DNA of 64,000 bases from a virus (Duplodnaviria > Caudoviricetes), in IMG/VR virus record IMGVR_UViG_3300017913_001833, positions 32,001-96,000 of that record. One strand, written 5' to 3'. Made by a program: the position numbers and the translations under genes. The notes beneath the pieces were generated by a model. The model was not told the DNA's origin. It was given only the letters and a program-made list of their open reading frames with translations, and ran no database searches. Positions 1 to 8,788 of this stretch are shown here, piece by piece; position 1 is the first letter of the stretch; every line of letters starts with the position of its first letter.

Positions 1-36
1 AAGTAGAATTAGAGAACTTAAAGGAGAAAATAAACA

Positions 37-708
37 ATGGGCGCCGTACGATTAGTAAGTTATTCAAAGCCAACAATTGAATTTATTGCAGACGGGATAA
101 GCAATGATAACATGCTTGATCTTGTAGCATACTGTGCTAGAGTAAGTAATCCTAGCAACCAGATGAATACAGAAACTAGTGAAAAACTTATCAAGTATTT
201 GATTAAACACGCACACTGGTCTCCACTTGAAATGGTTAACGCTTGTTTAGAAATTGAAACTACTAGAGACATTGCACACCAAATCGTTCGTCATAGAAGT
301 TTTGCTTTCCAAGAGTTTTCACAGCGTTATGCAGATCCAAAAGAAATGGGTGATATGTTTGTTGTTAGAGAAGCACGTTTACAAGATGCTAAAAACAGAC
401 AAAACAGTATAGAAACTGATGATACTGCACTCCAGGACAAATGGGAAGAAATGCAACAGGATGTCATGTATGCGGCAGGAAAAGCATACAAATGGGCTAT
501 CGATAATGGTATTGCTAAAGAACAAGCCCGTGCTGTTCTTCCAGAAGGATGTACAAAAACTAGACTATATATGAATGGTAGTTTGCGTAGTTGGATTCAT
601 TATATTGAACTACGTGGAGCAAATGGCACACAAAAAGAGCATATGGATATTGCTCATGCTTGTGCAGATGTCATTTCAAAAGTTTTTCCTTTGGCAAAAG
701 ATCTGTGA
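37..708 (+). CDS. thyX: FAD-dependent thymidylate synthase
   Basis: RHRSFAFQEFSQRY ThyX motif; AAGGAG SD upstream. Confidence 0.95.
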   Translation: MGAVRLVSYSKPTIEFIADGISNDNMLDLVAYCARVSNPSNQMNTETSEKLIKYLIKHAHWSPLEMVNACLEIETTRDIAHQIVRHRSFAFQEFSQRYADPKEMGDMFVVREARLQDAKNRQNSIETDDTALQDKWEEMQQDVMYAAGKAYKWAIDNGIAKEQARAVLPEGCTKTRLYMNGSLRSWIHYIELRGANGTQKEHMDIAHACADVISKVFPLAKDL

Positions 709-1823
709 TAGAAGAGCTACATAAAACATGGAACATACAAAACACACACATAGCCGGAGATGAATTCACTGGCTATGAGAGTGTGTACGACCAACTGAAT
801 TTTACTAAGGAAGATTATGATGCAGATCCGGAAGGTACTATTGACAGTGTTTTTAGCATTTATCGTAGTATTAATCTTGTTCCCATTGTTTACTACACAG
901 AGCAAGGACTTATCAACGCTGTCAGAGATTTTAGTCATTCAAAATATAATACAGTTCAGGGCAATGTTTTAGGCTTAGGCAATAACGCAGGCCAAACAAT
1001 TAATAGATTTTTATTTCCAAATATGATGACAGCTGAACCTAAAGGTAGGGGAAGCAACAGTTTAAAAGATAGATTTTACAATGATGCTAAATTACGCAGG
1101 GCTATCAGAATATGCTTCGAGTTTCGTGATGGTAATAATCTTGTACATCCTACTGCGATGCGTAGGGCACTTGAGCTTGTTACAGGTGAAAACGTCACTA
1201 ACTTCAAAGCACAAAATGCAAAAGCAATAGTAGAATACTTGTGTCCTGTACTGTGGGGTAATGTGTATGATTACAGTGCAGGATACGGTGGAAGATTACT
1301 TGGTATCACATCAAGTAATATGCGCTACAATTATGTAGGCATAGACCCAAACACTGAAACAGTAAAATACCTAAATTATCTACAGCAGATTATACAGGAA
1401 GCAACAGGAGTACAAAGTGAAATCTACTGCACAACAAGCGAAGAATACACGCCTACGTCCGCAGACTTGGCGTTCTCAAGCCCACCATACTTCAACCTCG
1501 AAAAATACACAGACGAACCAACACAGTGTATGGTCAGATACAGATCCCTTGACGAGTGGTTTGATGGCTACGTTACGCCGACCATATCCAATGCCTACAA
1601 AGGACTAAACAGTGACGGAATCTTCGCAACAAACATCGCAGACTACAAAAGCTACGGTAACAAGGAATATGAAGTTGTGGAACGTTGGATTGCAACTGCT
1701 GAAAAACTTGGCTTCAAGCATGTTGAAACCATTAAGATGATGTTGAATACACGTCCAGGTGTTGGAAACAACAAAACTGAAGGGCGTGAAAAATTTGAAG
1801 GCGTATACGTTTTTAAAAAGTAG
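705..1823 (+). CDS. DNA amino-methyltransferase (N4-C or N6-A)
   Basis: SAM-binding YDYSAGYGG and catalytic SPPYF motifs; likely GTG start at 705 overlapping the thyX TGA. Confidence 0.8.
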   Translation: MIEELHKTWNIQNTHIAGDEFTGYESVYDQLNFTKEDYDADPEGTIDSVFSIYRSINLVPIVYYTEQGLINAVRDFSHSKYNTVQGNVLGLGNNAGQTINRFLFPNMMTAEPKGRGSNSLKDRFYNDAKLRRAIRICFEFRDGNNLVHPTAMRRALELVTGENVTNFKAQNAKAIVEYLCPVLWGNVYDYSAGYGGRLLGITSSNMRYNYVGIDPNTETVKYLNYLQQIIQEATGVQSEIYCTTSEEYTPTSADLAFSSPPYFNLEKYTDEPTQCMVRYRSLDEWFDGYVTPTISNAYKGLNSDGIFATNIADYKSYGNKEYEVVERWIATAEKLGFKHVETIKMMLNTRPGVGNNKTEGREKFEGVYVFKK

Positions 1824-1839
1824 GGGAAAAATCCCCTAC
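1815..1839 (-). terminator. Intrinsic terminator between the convergent MTase and phoH
   Basis: GTAGGGGA-AAAA-TCCCCTAC 8-bp hairpin followed by U5 on the minus strand. Confidence 0.7.
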
Positions 1840-1842
1840 AAT

Positions 1843-2556
1843 TTATTCATCTCCATATACTTGAAGAACTTCCTTGACCGCTTGATGTCGTTCAATGTCT
1901 CCTTGTTCAAAATAGACTATGTCTAGGTGCTTGCTATTGTTTTTCTCAAGTAGTTTAGTAAAATCAATTAAGCCGTTATCTTTGATTCTATCAGCTTGAG
2001 CTAGGTCCCCTGTAACAGCCATTAATGAGCCTTCTCCTAATCTTGTGAGTAACATTTTCATTTGATTAGGTGTAGCATTTTGCATTTCATCTGCTATAAT
2101 ATAACTTTGTTTAAAAGTTCTACCCCGCATATATGCAAGTGGTGCTATCTCAACTATGCCTTCTGTAATCATACCTTCAATATCTTGTGTTGTAAAGTAT
2201 TCTCTAAAGACATCAAATATTGGTCTTGTCCATGGTGCCATTTTTTGCTCTAATGTACCTGGTAAAAATCCTAAGTCTTCGTCAACTGACACTGCTGGCC
2301 TTGTAACTATAATTTTATCGACTTTGCCTTCTTTGAAATATTTTACTGCCGCTTGCACTGCTAATAATGTTTTGCCCGTGCCTGCTGGACCAATACCAAA
2401 GACTATGTCCTTCTCTTGGTTTAGCAGTTTCAAAATATATTGTTCTTGATTTTTATTTCTTGGAATAAGTTGTACTGTTTGTTGTTTTTTTGGAAAGTTT
2501 ACTATGTTTGAAAATTGTGGAGTTGCGCGGTTGCGCTGTTTCCGTTTTGCACCCAT
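1843..2556 (-). CDS. phoH: PhoH-family ATPase
   Basis: GPAGTGKT, LGFLPG, YMRGRTF, DEMQN, GDLAQAD motifs; AAGGAGG SD. Confidence 0.95.
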   Translation of the reverse strand: MGAKRKQRNRATPQFSNIVNFPKKQQTVQLIPRNKNQEQYILKLLNQEKDIVFGIGPAGTGKTLLAVQAAVKYFKEGKVDKIIVTRPAVSVDEDLGFLPGTLEQKMAPWTRPIFDVFREYFTTQDIEGMITEGIVEIAPLAYMRGRTFKQSYIIADEMQNATPNQMKMLLTRLGEGSLMAVTGDLAQADRIKDNGLIDFTKLLEKNNSKHLDIVYFEQGDIERHQAVKEVLQVYGDE

Positions 2557-2622
2557 TAAGATTCCTCCTTATAATGGAATGGTCCCGTAGAGCGCACCCT
2601 TCAGGGCATTTGCCCTACACAG

Positions 2623-2656
2623 TATTTATCTCCTCTCTAGACAAAACTGCTAAATA
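2623..2656. promoter_or_regulatory. Divergent pair of T4-late-like TAAATA promoters
   Basis: TATTTA at 2623-2628 (minus strand, toward phoH) and TAAATA at 2651-2656 (plus strand). Confidence 0.6.
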
Positions 2657-2678
2657 CAATAGTAAAAAGGAACAAAAA

Positions 2679-3224
2679 ATGCAAGACGTTTACGACATCA
2701 TAAAAAATGTGGAGCAAATATACGAAAGCAACACTAGCTTCCAAGTACTTAAAGACAGTGAAAGAGTTCTAGATGAGCTTGATCTATATGTGTACGAAAA
2801 TTGGGGAGAAGGCGAACTAGCATACGGCCCTAAAATAGACAGACATTGGGTAACAGTAGGTCTTATGTGGCCAAGAGCAAAGATGCCAGATCCAATGGGC
2901 GGAAAGCGTTTGTTGGAATATGACTGTAAAGTAAGTTATAAGAAAGATCATTTAGTAGTTCCTAAAAAAATACGTAAGCAAGAGGACTTTCGTCCTGGCA
3001 CAAAAAAAGGTAAACTAGAACGTAAGCCTATTTGGCTTGTAGAAATACAGTTACCAAAGAAATTAATAGCAGATATGTTTGAAGGATTTGCAAAAGCAGA
3101 ACCTCAACTAAAAGAGCCACAAGGACAACAACCAGCTGATGCTGCCGCAGCACCTGCAGAAGGAGCGGCACCTGGAGTTGATGCTGGCGCAGCTGCACCT
3201 GCTCCTGCTCCGGAGGCAATCTAA
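2679..3224 (+). CDS. Hypothetical phage protein with Ala/Pro-rich tail
   Basis: ATG 2679 after AAGGA; TAATG coupling to the next gene. Confidence 0.75.
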   Translation: MQDVYDIIKNVEQIYESNTSFQVLKDSERVLDELDLYVYENWGEGELAYGPKIDRHWVTVGLMWPRAKMPDPMGGKRLLEYDCKVSYKKDHLVVPKKIRKQEDFRPGTKKGKLERKPIWLVEIQLPKKLIADMFEGFAKAEPQLKEPQGQQPADAAAAPAEGAAPGVDAGAAAPAPAPEAI

Positions 3225-3931
3225 TGACAATACTCGCAGGCGACCTACACGATTTAGTTGAAGACATATTCGAAATAGACAGTTACAAATCAAAAATGGG
3301 TGATGATGCAAACATCATAACAGTAGCATTCAGTGTAAAGAACAAAGACGCAGCAAATGACCTTAACGAATTTATTGAAAAAGGTTATGGCTTTGTGCTA
3401 GATAGTGATGTAACAGCAGGTGAACAAGCCGACGGCACATACAAAGTCTTTGTTGAGATAGAACGTAATAGACATGCACACGATAACATACTTGAAATGA
3501 TGGACGGTATAGGCAAGTTATCTGCACTAGAAAAATTTAAATTTAGATACTATAAAAACTTTCGTAGTGAAGAAATGACACTAGAAAATATTGCCAAGTT
3601 TGTTCCTACTGATCCAGATTCATATGGTATTAACACAAACGAAGCAAACATGAACAATTATAAAAACTTCTTCAGTAACAGTTATCTTGAAGAAAGTTAT
3701 ATGCAAGGCGATATCCTAACAGTTAAAAAAGCATTTGCAGATCCGCTTGCATTTAGATTTATAGATTTTGGGGACAGAGATAAAGTAGCAATAAATGAAG
3801 CATTTGATGTAGATGCATACCCTGAAATACTCTTTTTAACCAAGTATCTTGGTGACTACAATATAAGTAAGTATGGAGACAATCTAGTTTTCGAAAACAA
3901 GGGCAAAGCCCTAGTAGTCAAAAGGATCTAA
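3224..3931 (+). CDS. Hypothetical phage protein
   Basis: 235-aa ORF in the operon, GGAGG SD. Confidence 0.75.
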   Translation: MTILAGDLHDLVEDIFEIDSYKSKMGDDANIITVAFSVKNKDAANDLNEFIEKGYGFVLDSDVTAGEQADGTYKVFVEIERNRHAHDNILEMMDGIGKLSALEKFKFRYYKNFRSEEMTLENIAKFVPTDPDSYGINTNEANMNNYKNFFSNSYLEESYMQGDILTVKKAFADPLAFRFIDFGDRDKVAINEAFDVDAYPEILFLTKYLGDYNISKYGDNLVFENKGKALVVKRI

Positions 3932-3933
3932 AT

Positions 3934-4782
3934 ATGGCCAAAGAACATTTTAAATTTGATTTCCAGCCTTGGATGGCTGAGGAACTTATTCATCGTGATG
4001 ATTGGGAAGAATGGTATGAAGCAATGTGTGAAATACTTCCTTTATGGGAAATTGACACAATTGAAAGAGTATCAATGTTCATCGCACAATGTGGGCATGA
4101 ATCAGGCGGCTTCCGTGTATTAAGTGAAAACTTAAACTATAGCGCCTCTGCCCTAAACAGTATATTCCCTAAATACTTTGTAAGAGCAGGAAGAAATGCA
4201 CAAGATTATCATCGCCAGCCTGAAAAAATTGCTAACGTTATCTACGCTAATCGCATGGACAATGGAGATACTGAAAGCGGAGACGGTTGGAAATTCCGCG
4301 GAGGAGGCATTCTTCAACTCACTGGAAGATACAACTACACACAATTTGCAAAAGAAGTAGAAATGACAGCAGACGAAGCAGTAGATTATGTACGCACAAA
4401 GAAAGGTGCATTAGATAGTGCTTGCTGGTTCTGGGATACAAACAACATTAATAAGTGGTGTGATGCAATGGATGTAGTCGGAGCAACAAAACGTATTAAT
4501 GGTGGAACAATAGGTTTAGACGATCGTAAGAAACACTATTTACATGCTATAGATGTATTAGGTGGTGATTACACAGAACCTGAAATAGATTACAATCAAA
4601 CAATTCGTCAAGGATCACGTGGTCCATTAGTAGCTGAAGTGCAAGAAAAATTAAATATTTCACCTGCTGACGGAATCTTTGGTCCAGGTACAGCGAGGAT
4701 TGTCAAAAAATGGCAAAGCGACAACGGACTTGTTGCTGATGGCATTGTTGGTCCAAAAACGCTGGGAAAGTTACTAGGGTAG
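3934..4782 (+). CDS. GH19-family endolysin with C-terminal peptidoglycan-binding domain
   Basis: AQCGHESGGF, ENLNYS, FRGGGILQLTGRYNY, RINGG; C-terminal DGIFGPGT...DGIVGPKT. Confidence 0.9.
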   Translation: MAKEHFKFDFQPWMAEELIHRDDWEEWYEAMCEILPLWEIDTIERVSMFIAQCGHESGGFRVLSENLNYSASALNSIFPKYFVRAGRNAQDYHRQPEKIANVIYANRMDNGDTESGDGWKFRGGGILQLTGRYNYTQFAKEVEMTADEAVDYVRTKKGALDSACWFWDTNNINKWCDAMDVVGATKRINGGTIGLDDRKKHYLHAIDVLGGDYTEPEIDYNQTIRQGSRGPLVAEVQEKLNISPADGIFGPGTARIVKKWQSDNGLVADGIVGPKTLGKLLG

Positions 4783-4787
4783 GTGGT

Positions 4788-5285
4788 ATGGGTGCAAAAT
4801 TAGCATTAGTTATGTTTGTCTTAATGTGTGCAATGGGCGGCGGCGTCTATTGGTACTACACTGACACACAAGAACGTATTGCTATCTTGACAGAAAATAA
4901 CGCTAAACTAGAATCAGCAGTTGAAACTAATGAACAAGCGTTAGCGGCACAAACTGCCGCTTTCGAAAGTATGCGAGTAGAAAATGCTAAATTACAAGAA
5001 GAATTTGCATCTATAAATGATCGTAATAGAAATTTAGAAAATAAACTTTCTAGACATGATATTGGTGCAGCTGGTATTGCAAGAACAACACTTACAGAAA
5101 AAAGATTAAACAGTGGTACAGCAAACGTACAACGTTGCATGGAAATATTCAGTGGTGCAGAGCTTACTGAAAAAGAATTAAGTGCAACAAAGCCAAGTGA
5201 AATAAATCCTGAGTGTTGGAGAACAGCAAATCCAAACTTTGATCCAAATTTACAAAGTGATGCGTGGAAAAGGAAGAACTTATGA
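4788..5285 (+). CDS. Putative i-spanin (Rz-like)
   Basis: N-terminal TM helix plus coiled coil with two Cys, directly after the endolysin. Confidence 0.6.
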   Translation: MGAKLALVMFVLMCAMGGGVYWYYTDTQERIAILTENNAKLESAVETNEQALAAQTAAFESMRVENAKLQEEFASINDRNRNLENKLSRHDIGAAGIARTTLTEKRLNSGTANVQRCMEIFSGAELTEKELSATKPSEINPECWRTANPNFDPNLQSDAWKRKNL

Positions 5286-5737
5286 GATTAGTATTTGTAG
5301 CATTTATTGGATTATTATTCCTTACAGCGTGTAGCACACCGCCACGGGTAATTGAAATCAGTGCGAAACCTATTTCAAAACCAGAACTTATACTTCCGCC
5401 TGCTGAACAGTTAAGACTAAAAGATGTAGAATGGATTATTATTACAGAAGAAAATGCAGACGAAGTGTTTGCAAAATTAAAAGAAAGTAGAAAGGATCCT
5501 ATGCTTATCGGATTGAGTGACGATGGGTACGAAGTGCTAGGACTAAACTACAGCGATATAATGTCTTACATACAACAGCAAAACGCTATAATAAAAGCCT
5601 ACGAAAATTACTATGTACTAAGCGAAGAAGCATTAGAGCAAGCAAACAGTACAATAGAAGGCGCACAACAAGAAGTCAAAGATCAAAATTCAGCTCCACA
5701 AGAATCAGTACTAGACAAGCTCAATCCTTTCAAGTAA
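5282..5737 (+). CDS. Putative o-spanin lipoprotein (Rz1-like)
   Basis: Signal peptide with LTAC lipobox, Pro-rich segment, ATGA overlap with the i-spanin. Confidence 0.6.
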   Translation: MRLVFVAFIGLLFLTACSTPPRVIEISAKPISKPELILPPAEQLRLKDVEWIIITEENADEVFAKLKESRKDPMLIGLSDDGYEVLGLNYSDIMSYIQQQNAIIKAYENYYVLSEEALEQANSTIEGAQQEVKDQNSAPQESVLDKLNPFK

Positions 5738-5746
5738 ATCTATACT

Positions 5747-6508
5747 ATGGCAAATATAGATATTTTGAGAACCCCGCACTCTAAAGAAAGAAGTTTCTGG
5801 ATTGCAGGTGATGAAAAAAGTCAGTGGAAAAAACTAAGAAAAGAGCTTGGCGAAGATTGGCCCTATTATCATGTAAAAGATATTGTGTATTCACACAATG
5901 ATTATGGATATAGAGCAAACAACTTTGATTCGTATGAATGGTCAAAATGTGTTGCTTTTTTAGGTTGCAGTCATGTCTACGGTAAAGGGAACAAACTTGA
6001 AGATACAATACCTGCTATCTATTCAGAGTTATCTGGATATAAGGCAATAAACATGGGAATGAATGGTGGTGGTGTAGAGACAATACATCACAACACCCAT
6101 GCACTAATTGAAAAAAATTATATTCCAAAAAAAGTAATTATATTATGGCCTTCTATAAGTAGAACTATGTTTTATACAGGAAAAGACATAGGCAGTGTAA
6201 ACCCTCCTAAGTTAGTTGGAGTATGGAGCAATGGATACGAACAAGAACAACTTACTGCACATATACAACATCCAGAAAATTATATTACCAAAGCATACTT
6301 GATACAAAAAAGTATCCTTAGCACTTGGCGTGCAAATAATGTCGAAGTCCATAGTTTTCAACTAGGAACAACACGTTTACAAAAAAATGAATTTAAATTA
6401 GAATGTATCGAGCTTCCTGAATGTGTAGATAGAGCTAGAGATAACGCTCATTATGGTATGAAAACAAACAGGATATACGCCGAATATATACATAAATACA
6501 GTAGTTAA
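5747..6508 (+). CDS. SGNH/GDSL-hydrolase-like protein
   Basis: FLGCSHVYG block, INMGMNGG, ARDNAHYG (DxxH). Confidence 0.5.
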   Translation: MANIDILRTPHSKERSFWIAGDEKSQWKKLRKELGEDWPYYHVKDIVYSHNDYGYRANNFDSYEWSKCVAFLGCSHVYGKGNKLEDTIPAIYSELSGYKAINMGMNGGGVETIHHNTHALIEKNYIPKKVIILWPSISRTMFYTGKDIGSVNPPKLVGVWSNGYEQEQLTAHIQHPENYITKAYLIQKSILSTWRANNVEVHSFQLGTTRLQKNEFKLECIELPECVDRARDNAHYGMKTNRIYAEYIHKYSS

Positions 6509-6520
6509 TTGAGGTATGAT

Positions 6521-6814
6521 ATGTGGGATATGATAGAACGTATGGCTAGCGACAGACTGTGGATTTACACAGCTATTGCTGGTTCTTTATTTGGCGCAGC
6601 ATTTTTGTTTTGGTTTAAAGATACAAGAATGGCAACTTGGGCAGTTCGCAAGTTTGATGCAACTTTAGAATACTTAGCACTACGCTGGGGCTGGACTTGG
6701 TTACAAAATGATCCAAATGCATGGCGTGTAAAATATCCTAAGATTACGTCAAAAATTGATGAATTAGAAAGCCGTATTAAACAATTGGAGGAAGGCAATG
6801 CCAAAAAAGATTAA
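6521..6814 (+). CDS. Small membrane protein (holin/antiholin candidate)
   Basis: One TM helix plus coiled coil; TAAATA at 6493-6498 and GAGG SD. Confidence 0.6.
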   Translation: MWDMIERMASDRLWIYTAIAGSLFGAAFLFWFKDTRMATWAVRKFDATLEYLALRWGWTWLQNDPNAWRVKYPKITSKIDELESRIKQLEEGNAKKD

Positions 6815-6962
6815 TCAAACAACAATAGATCTTTCTAAGTTTGATAGGAATGCACCTAAAGTAAAACTTAATAGATTAATTGCTCGTCCTGGTAATTCAG
6901 GAGGAAAGGCAAATGTTAACTTGGGTAAAATTAAAGACGGCTCACCTAACGATAAGGAATAA
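6798..6962 (+). CDS. Small basic hypothetical protein (54 aa, absent from the ORF track)
   Basis: ATG 6798 after GGAGG, MPKKINQTTIDLSKFDRN...; fills the gap between neighbours. Confidence 0.6.
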   Translation: MPKKINQTTIDLSKFDRNAPKVKLNRLIARPGNSGGKANVNLGKIKDGSPNDKE

Positions 6963-6964
6963 AA

Positions 6965-7348
6965 ATGCCTAGAAAAAAACTTGAAGACTTAGATGCAAAG
7001 CCGGTAGAAAAAGCAGAACCAAAAGCAGACGCTGAAGTTACTGTTCCTGCTGCATCAGAGGGCGTAAGTAAGAAAGTAAAACTAGATTTAGAAGTAGATA
7101 CTAGTGTTAAAGACTTAGGTCCTAACCCATATGCAAAAATTATACATATGGCAAAAGCTGTAGATAGCTGGAGAATATTTCCACGTATCTTTATTACAAC
7201 ATACATTATACTTTTATATAAGTGTGTTATTTGGTATATGGAATTACCAGATCCAACAATGGAACAATCAGGTTTGATTAGTATTGTTGTAGGTGCTGGC
7301 GCAGCATGGTTTGGATTATACACCGGATCTAGCAAATCTAACAAATAG
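6965..7348 (+). CDS. Two-TM membrane protein, holin candidate
   Basis: Charged N-terminus then two hydrophobic helices; lies in the lysis region. Confidence 0.55.
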   Translation: MPRKKLEDLDAKPVEKAEPKADAEVTVPAASEGVSKKVKLDLEVDTSVKDLGPNPYAKIIHMAKAVDSWRIFPRIFITTYIILLYKCVIWYMELPDPTMEQSGLISIVVGAGAAWFGLYTGSSKSNK

Positions 7349-7365
7349 ACCCGCTAAGTAGTTGT

Positions 7366-8175
7366 ATGGACCATTACAACACGTTAGGTGTATCACGCAA
7401 TGCATCTGACTCAGAAATAAAATCCGCTTATAGAAGACTTGCAAAAGAACATCATCCAGATAAAACTGGTGGTGACGATACTCGTTTCAAACAAATAAAT
7501 GAAGCATATGATACTCTAAAAGATCCTCAGCGCAAAGCAGAATACGACAATCCTCAACCACAAGGATTCAATTTTAGATCTAGTGATGTACCTCCAGAGT
7601 TTCAAGATATCTTTAACCAAGCGTTTGGATTTAACAGGAGGCCTATGAAAAACAGAGATGTGCATATTGCACATACTTTGACTTTAGAAGAAGTATATAC
7701 TGGCAAAACTGTTATTGCAAATTACAGACTACGTAATGGACAAAATGAAACTATTGAAATGAATATACCGCCGGGCGTAGATAACAACAGCAGTGTAAGA
7801 TTCAAAGGTTATGGAGAAAATGAAATACCTAATATACCGAGAGGCGATTTAATACTAAAGATTAGAACAAAGCAACATGAAGTGTGGCAAAGAGACGGTA
7901 TGAATATTATGAAAGCAGAATATGTAAATGCTATTGATCTAATATTAGGCACAGATATTACAGTAGCATTGCCAAACAATAGGAGTATAAATTTAAAAAT
8001 TCCAACAGCAACAAAAACAGGCACAACTTTTAGTATTGGGGGATATGGTTTGCCAAATATCAAGACAGGCAAACAAGGGAATGTGTATATAAGAATAGAA
8101 GCAGAAATTCCTAAATTAAAAAGTAATAAATTGACAAAAGAACTTCGTGCGTTTAGAAACAAATTGGCTAAATGA
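7366..8175 (+). CDS. dnaJ: DnaJ/CbpA-like co-chaperone (no zinc finger)
   Basis: J-domain with HPD motif, DnaJ C-terminal domain; TAAGTA 5 nt upstream of the ATG. Confidence 0.9.
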   Translation: MDHYNTLGVSRNASDSEIKSAYRRLAKEHHPDKTGGDDTRFKQINEAYDTLKDPQRKAEYDNPQPQGFNFRSSDVPPEFQDIFNQAFGFNRRPMKNRDVHIAHTLTLEEVYTGKTVIANYRLRNGQNETIEMNIPPGVDNNSSVRFKGYGENEIPNIPRGDLILKIRTKQHEVWQRDGMNIMKAEYVNAIDLILGTDITVALPNNRSINLKIPTATKTGTTFSIGGYGLPNIKTGKQGNVYIRIEAEIPKLKSNKLTKELRAFRNKLAK

Positions 8176-8179
8176 CAAC

Positions 8180-8208
8180 TTGATTTTATGGCACAAATAT
8201 AGTATAGT
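8180..8208 (+). promoter_or_regulatory. sigma70-type promoter, leaderless
   Basis: TTGATT-N17-TATAGT, ATG 6 nt downstream. Confidence 0.55.
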
Positions 8209-8214
8209 AGCACA

Positions 8215-8766
8215 ATGAAACAATTAATGGATTATGTTAAAGTATATGATGTGTTTGATGCACAGTTTTGCGACGATGTTGTTGCACAACTGCAAGATGA
8301 TTGGATGAAGCATGGCTTTTACTTACATGATGAAAAGAAACGCATAAGCACAGACGACGATTTATATGTAAGTCATCAGGAAACTGAGCATAGTGCATAC
8401 ATAGGTAAAGAATTATTCAAACCTTTACGCAAGTATATAGATGATGTAGACTTACCTAGTTTACAAGGTTGGGACGGTTACTTGGGTATACGTTATAACA
8501 AATATGAAGTTGGACAAAAGATGCATTGGCATGCAGATCGAGTACAACAAATGTTTGATGGAGAAAGAAAAGGCATACCTACACTAAGTATTGTAGGTGC
8601 ATTGAATGATGATTATGAAGGTGGTGACTTTGTAATGCTAAAGGATGAAGTAGTAGCAATGCCTAAAGGTAGTGTGCTAATTTTTCCTAGTACATTTATG
8701 TATATTCACACAGTTACACCTGTAACAAAAGGGACTCGTTTTTCATACGTGAGTTGGTTATGGTAG
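8215..8766 (+). CDS. Fe(II)/2OG oxygenase (prolyl-4-hydroxylase-like)
   Basis: HAD...LNDDYEGGDF...HTVTPVTKGTR. Confidence 0.85.
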   Translation: MKQLMDYVKVYDVFDAQFCDDVVAQLQDDWMKHGFYLHDEKKRISTDDDLYVSHQETEHSAYIGKELFKPLRKYIDDVDLPSLQGWDGYLGIRYNKYEVGQKMHWHADRVQQMFDGERKGIPTLSIVGALNDDYEGGDFVMLKDEVVAMPKGSVLIFPSTFMYIHTVTPVTKGTRFSYVSWLW

Positions 8767-8788
8767 TAAATACAGTAAGAGGAAACAA

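Noticed and set aside
2587-2620. c-di-GMP-I riboswitch in the phoH leader (GGCAAA...GAA...CGC resemblance)
   Set aside because: No GNRA tetraloop/receptor second hairpin; kept only as an unnamed structured leader
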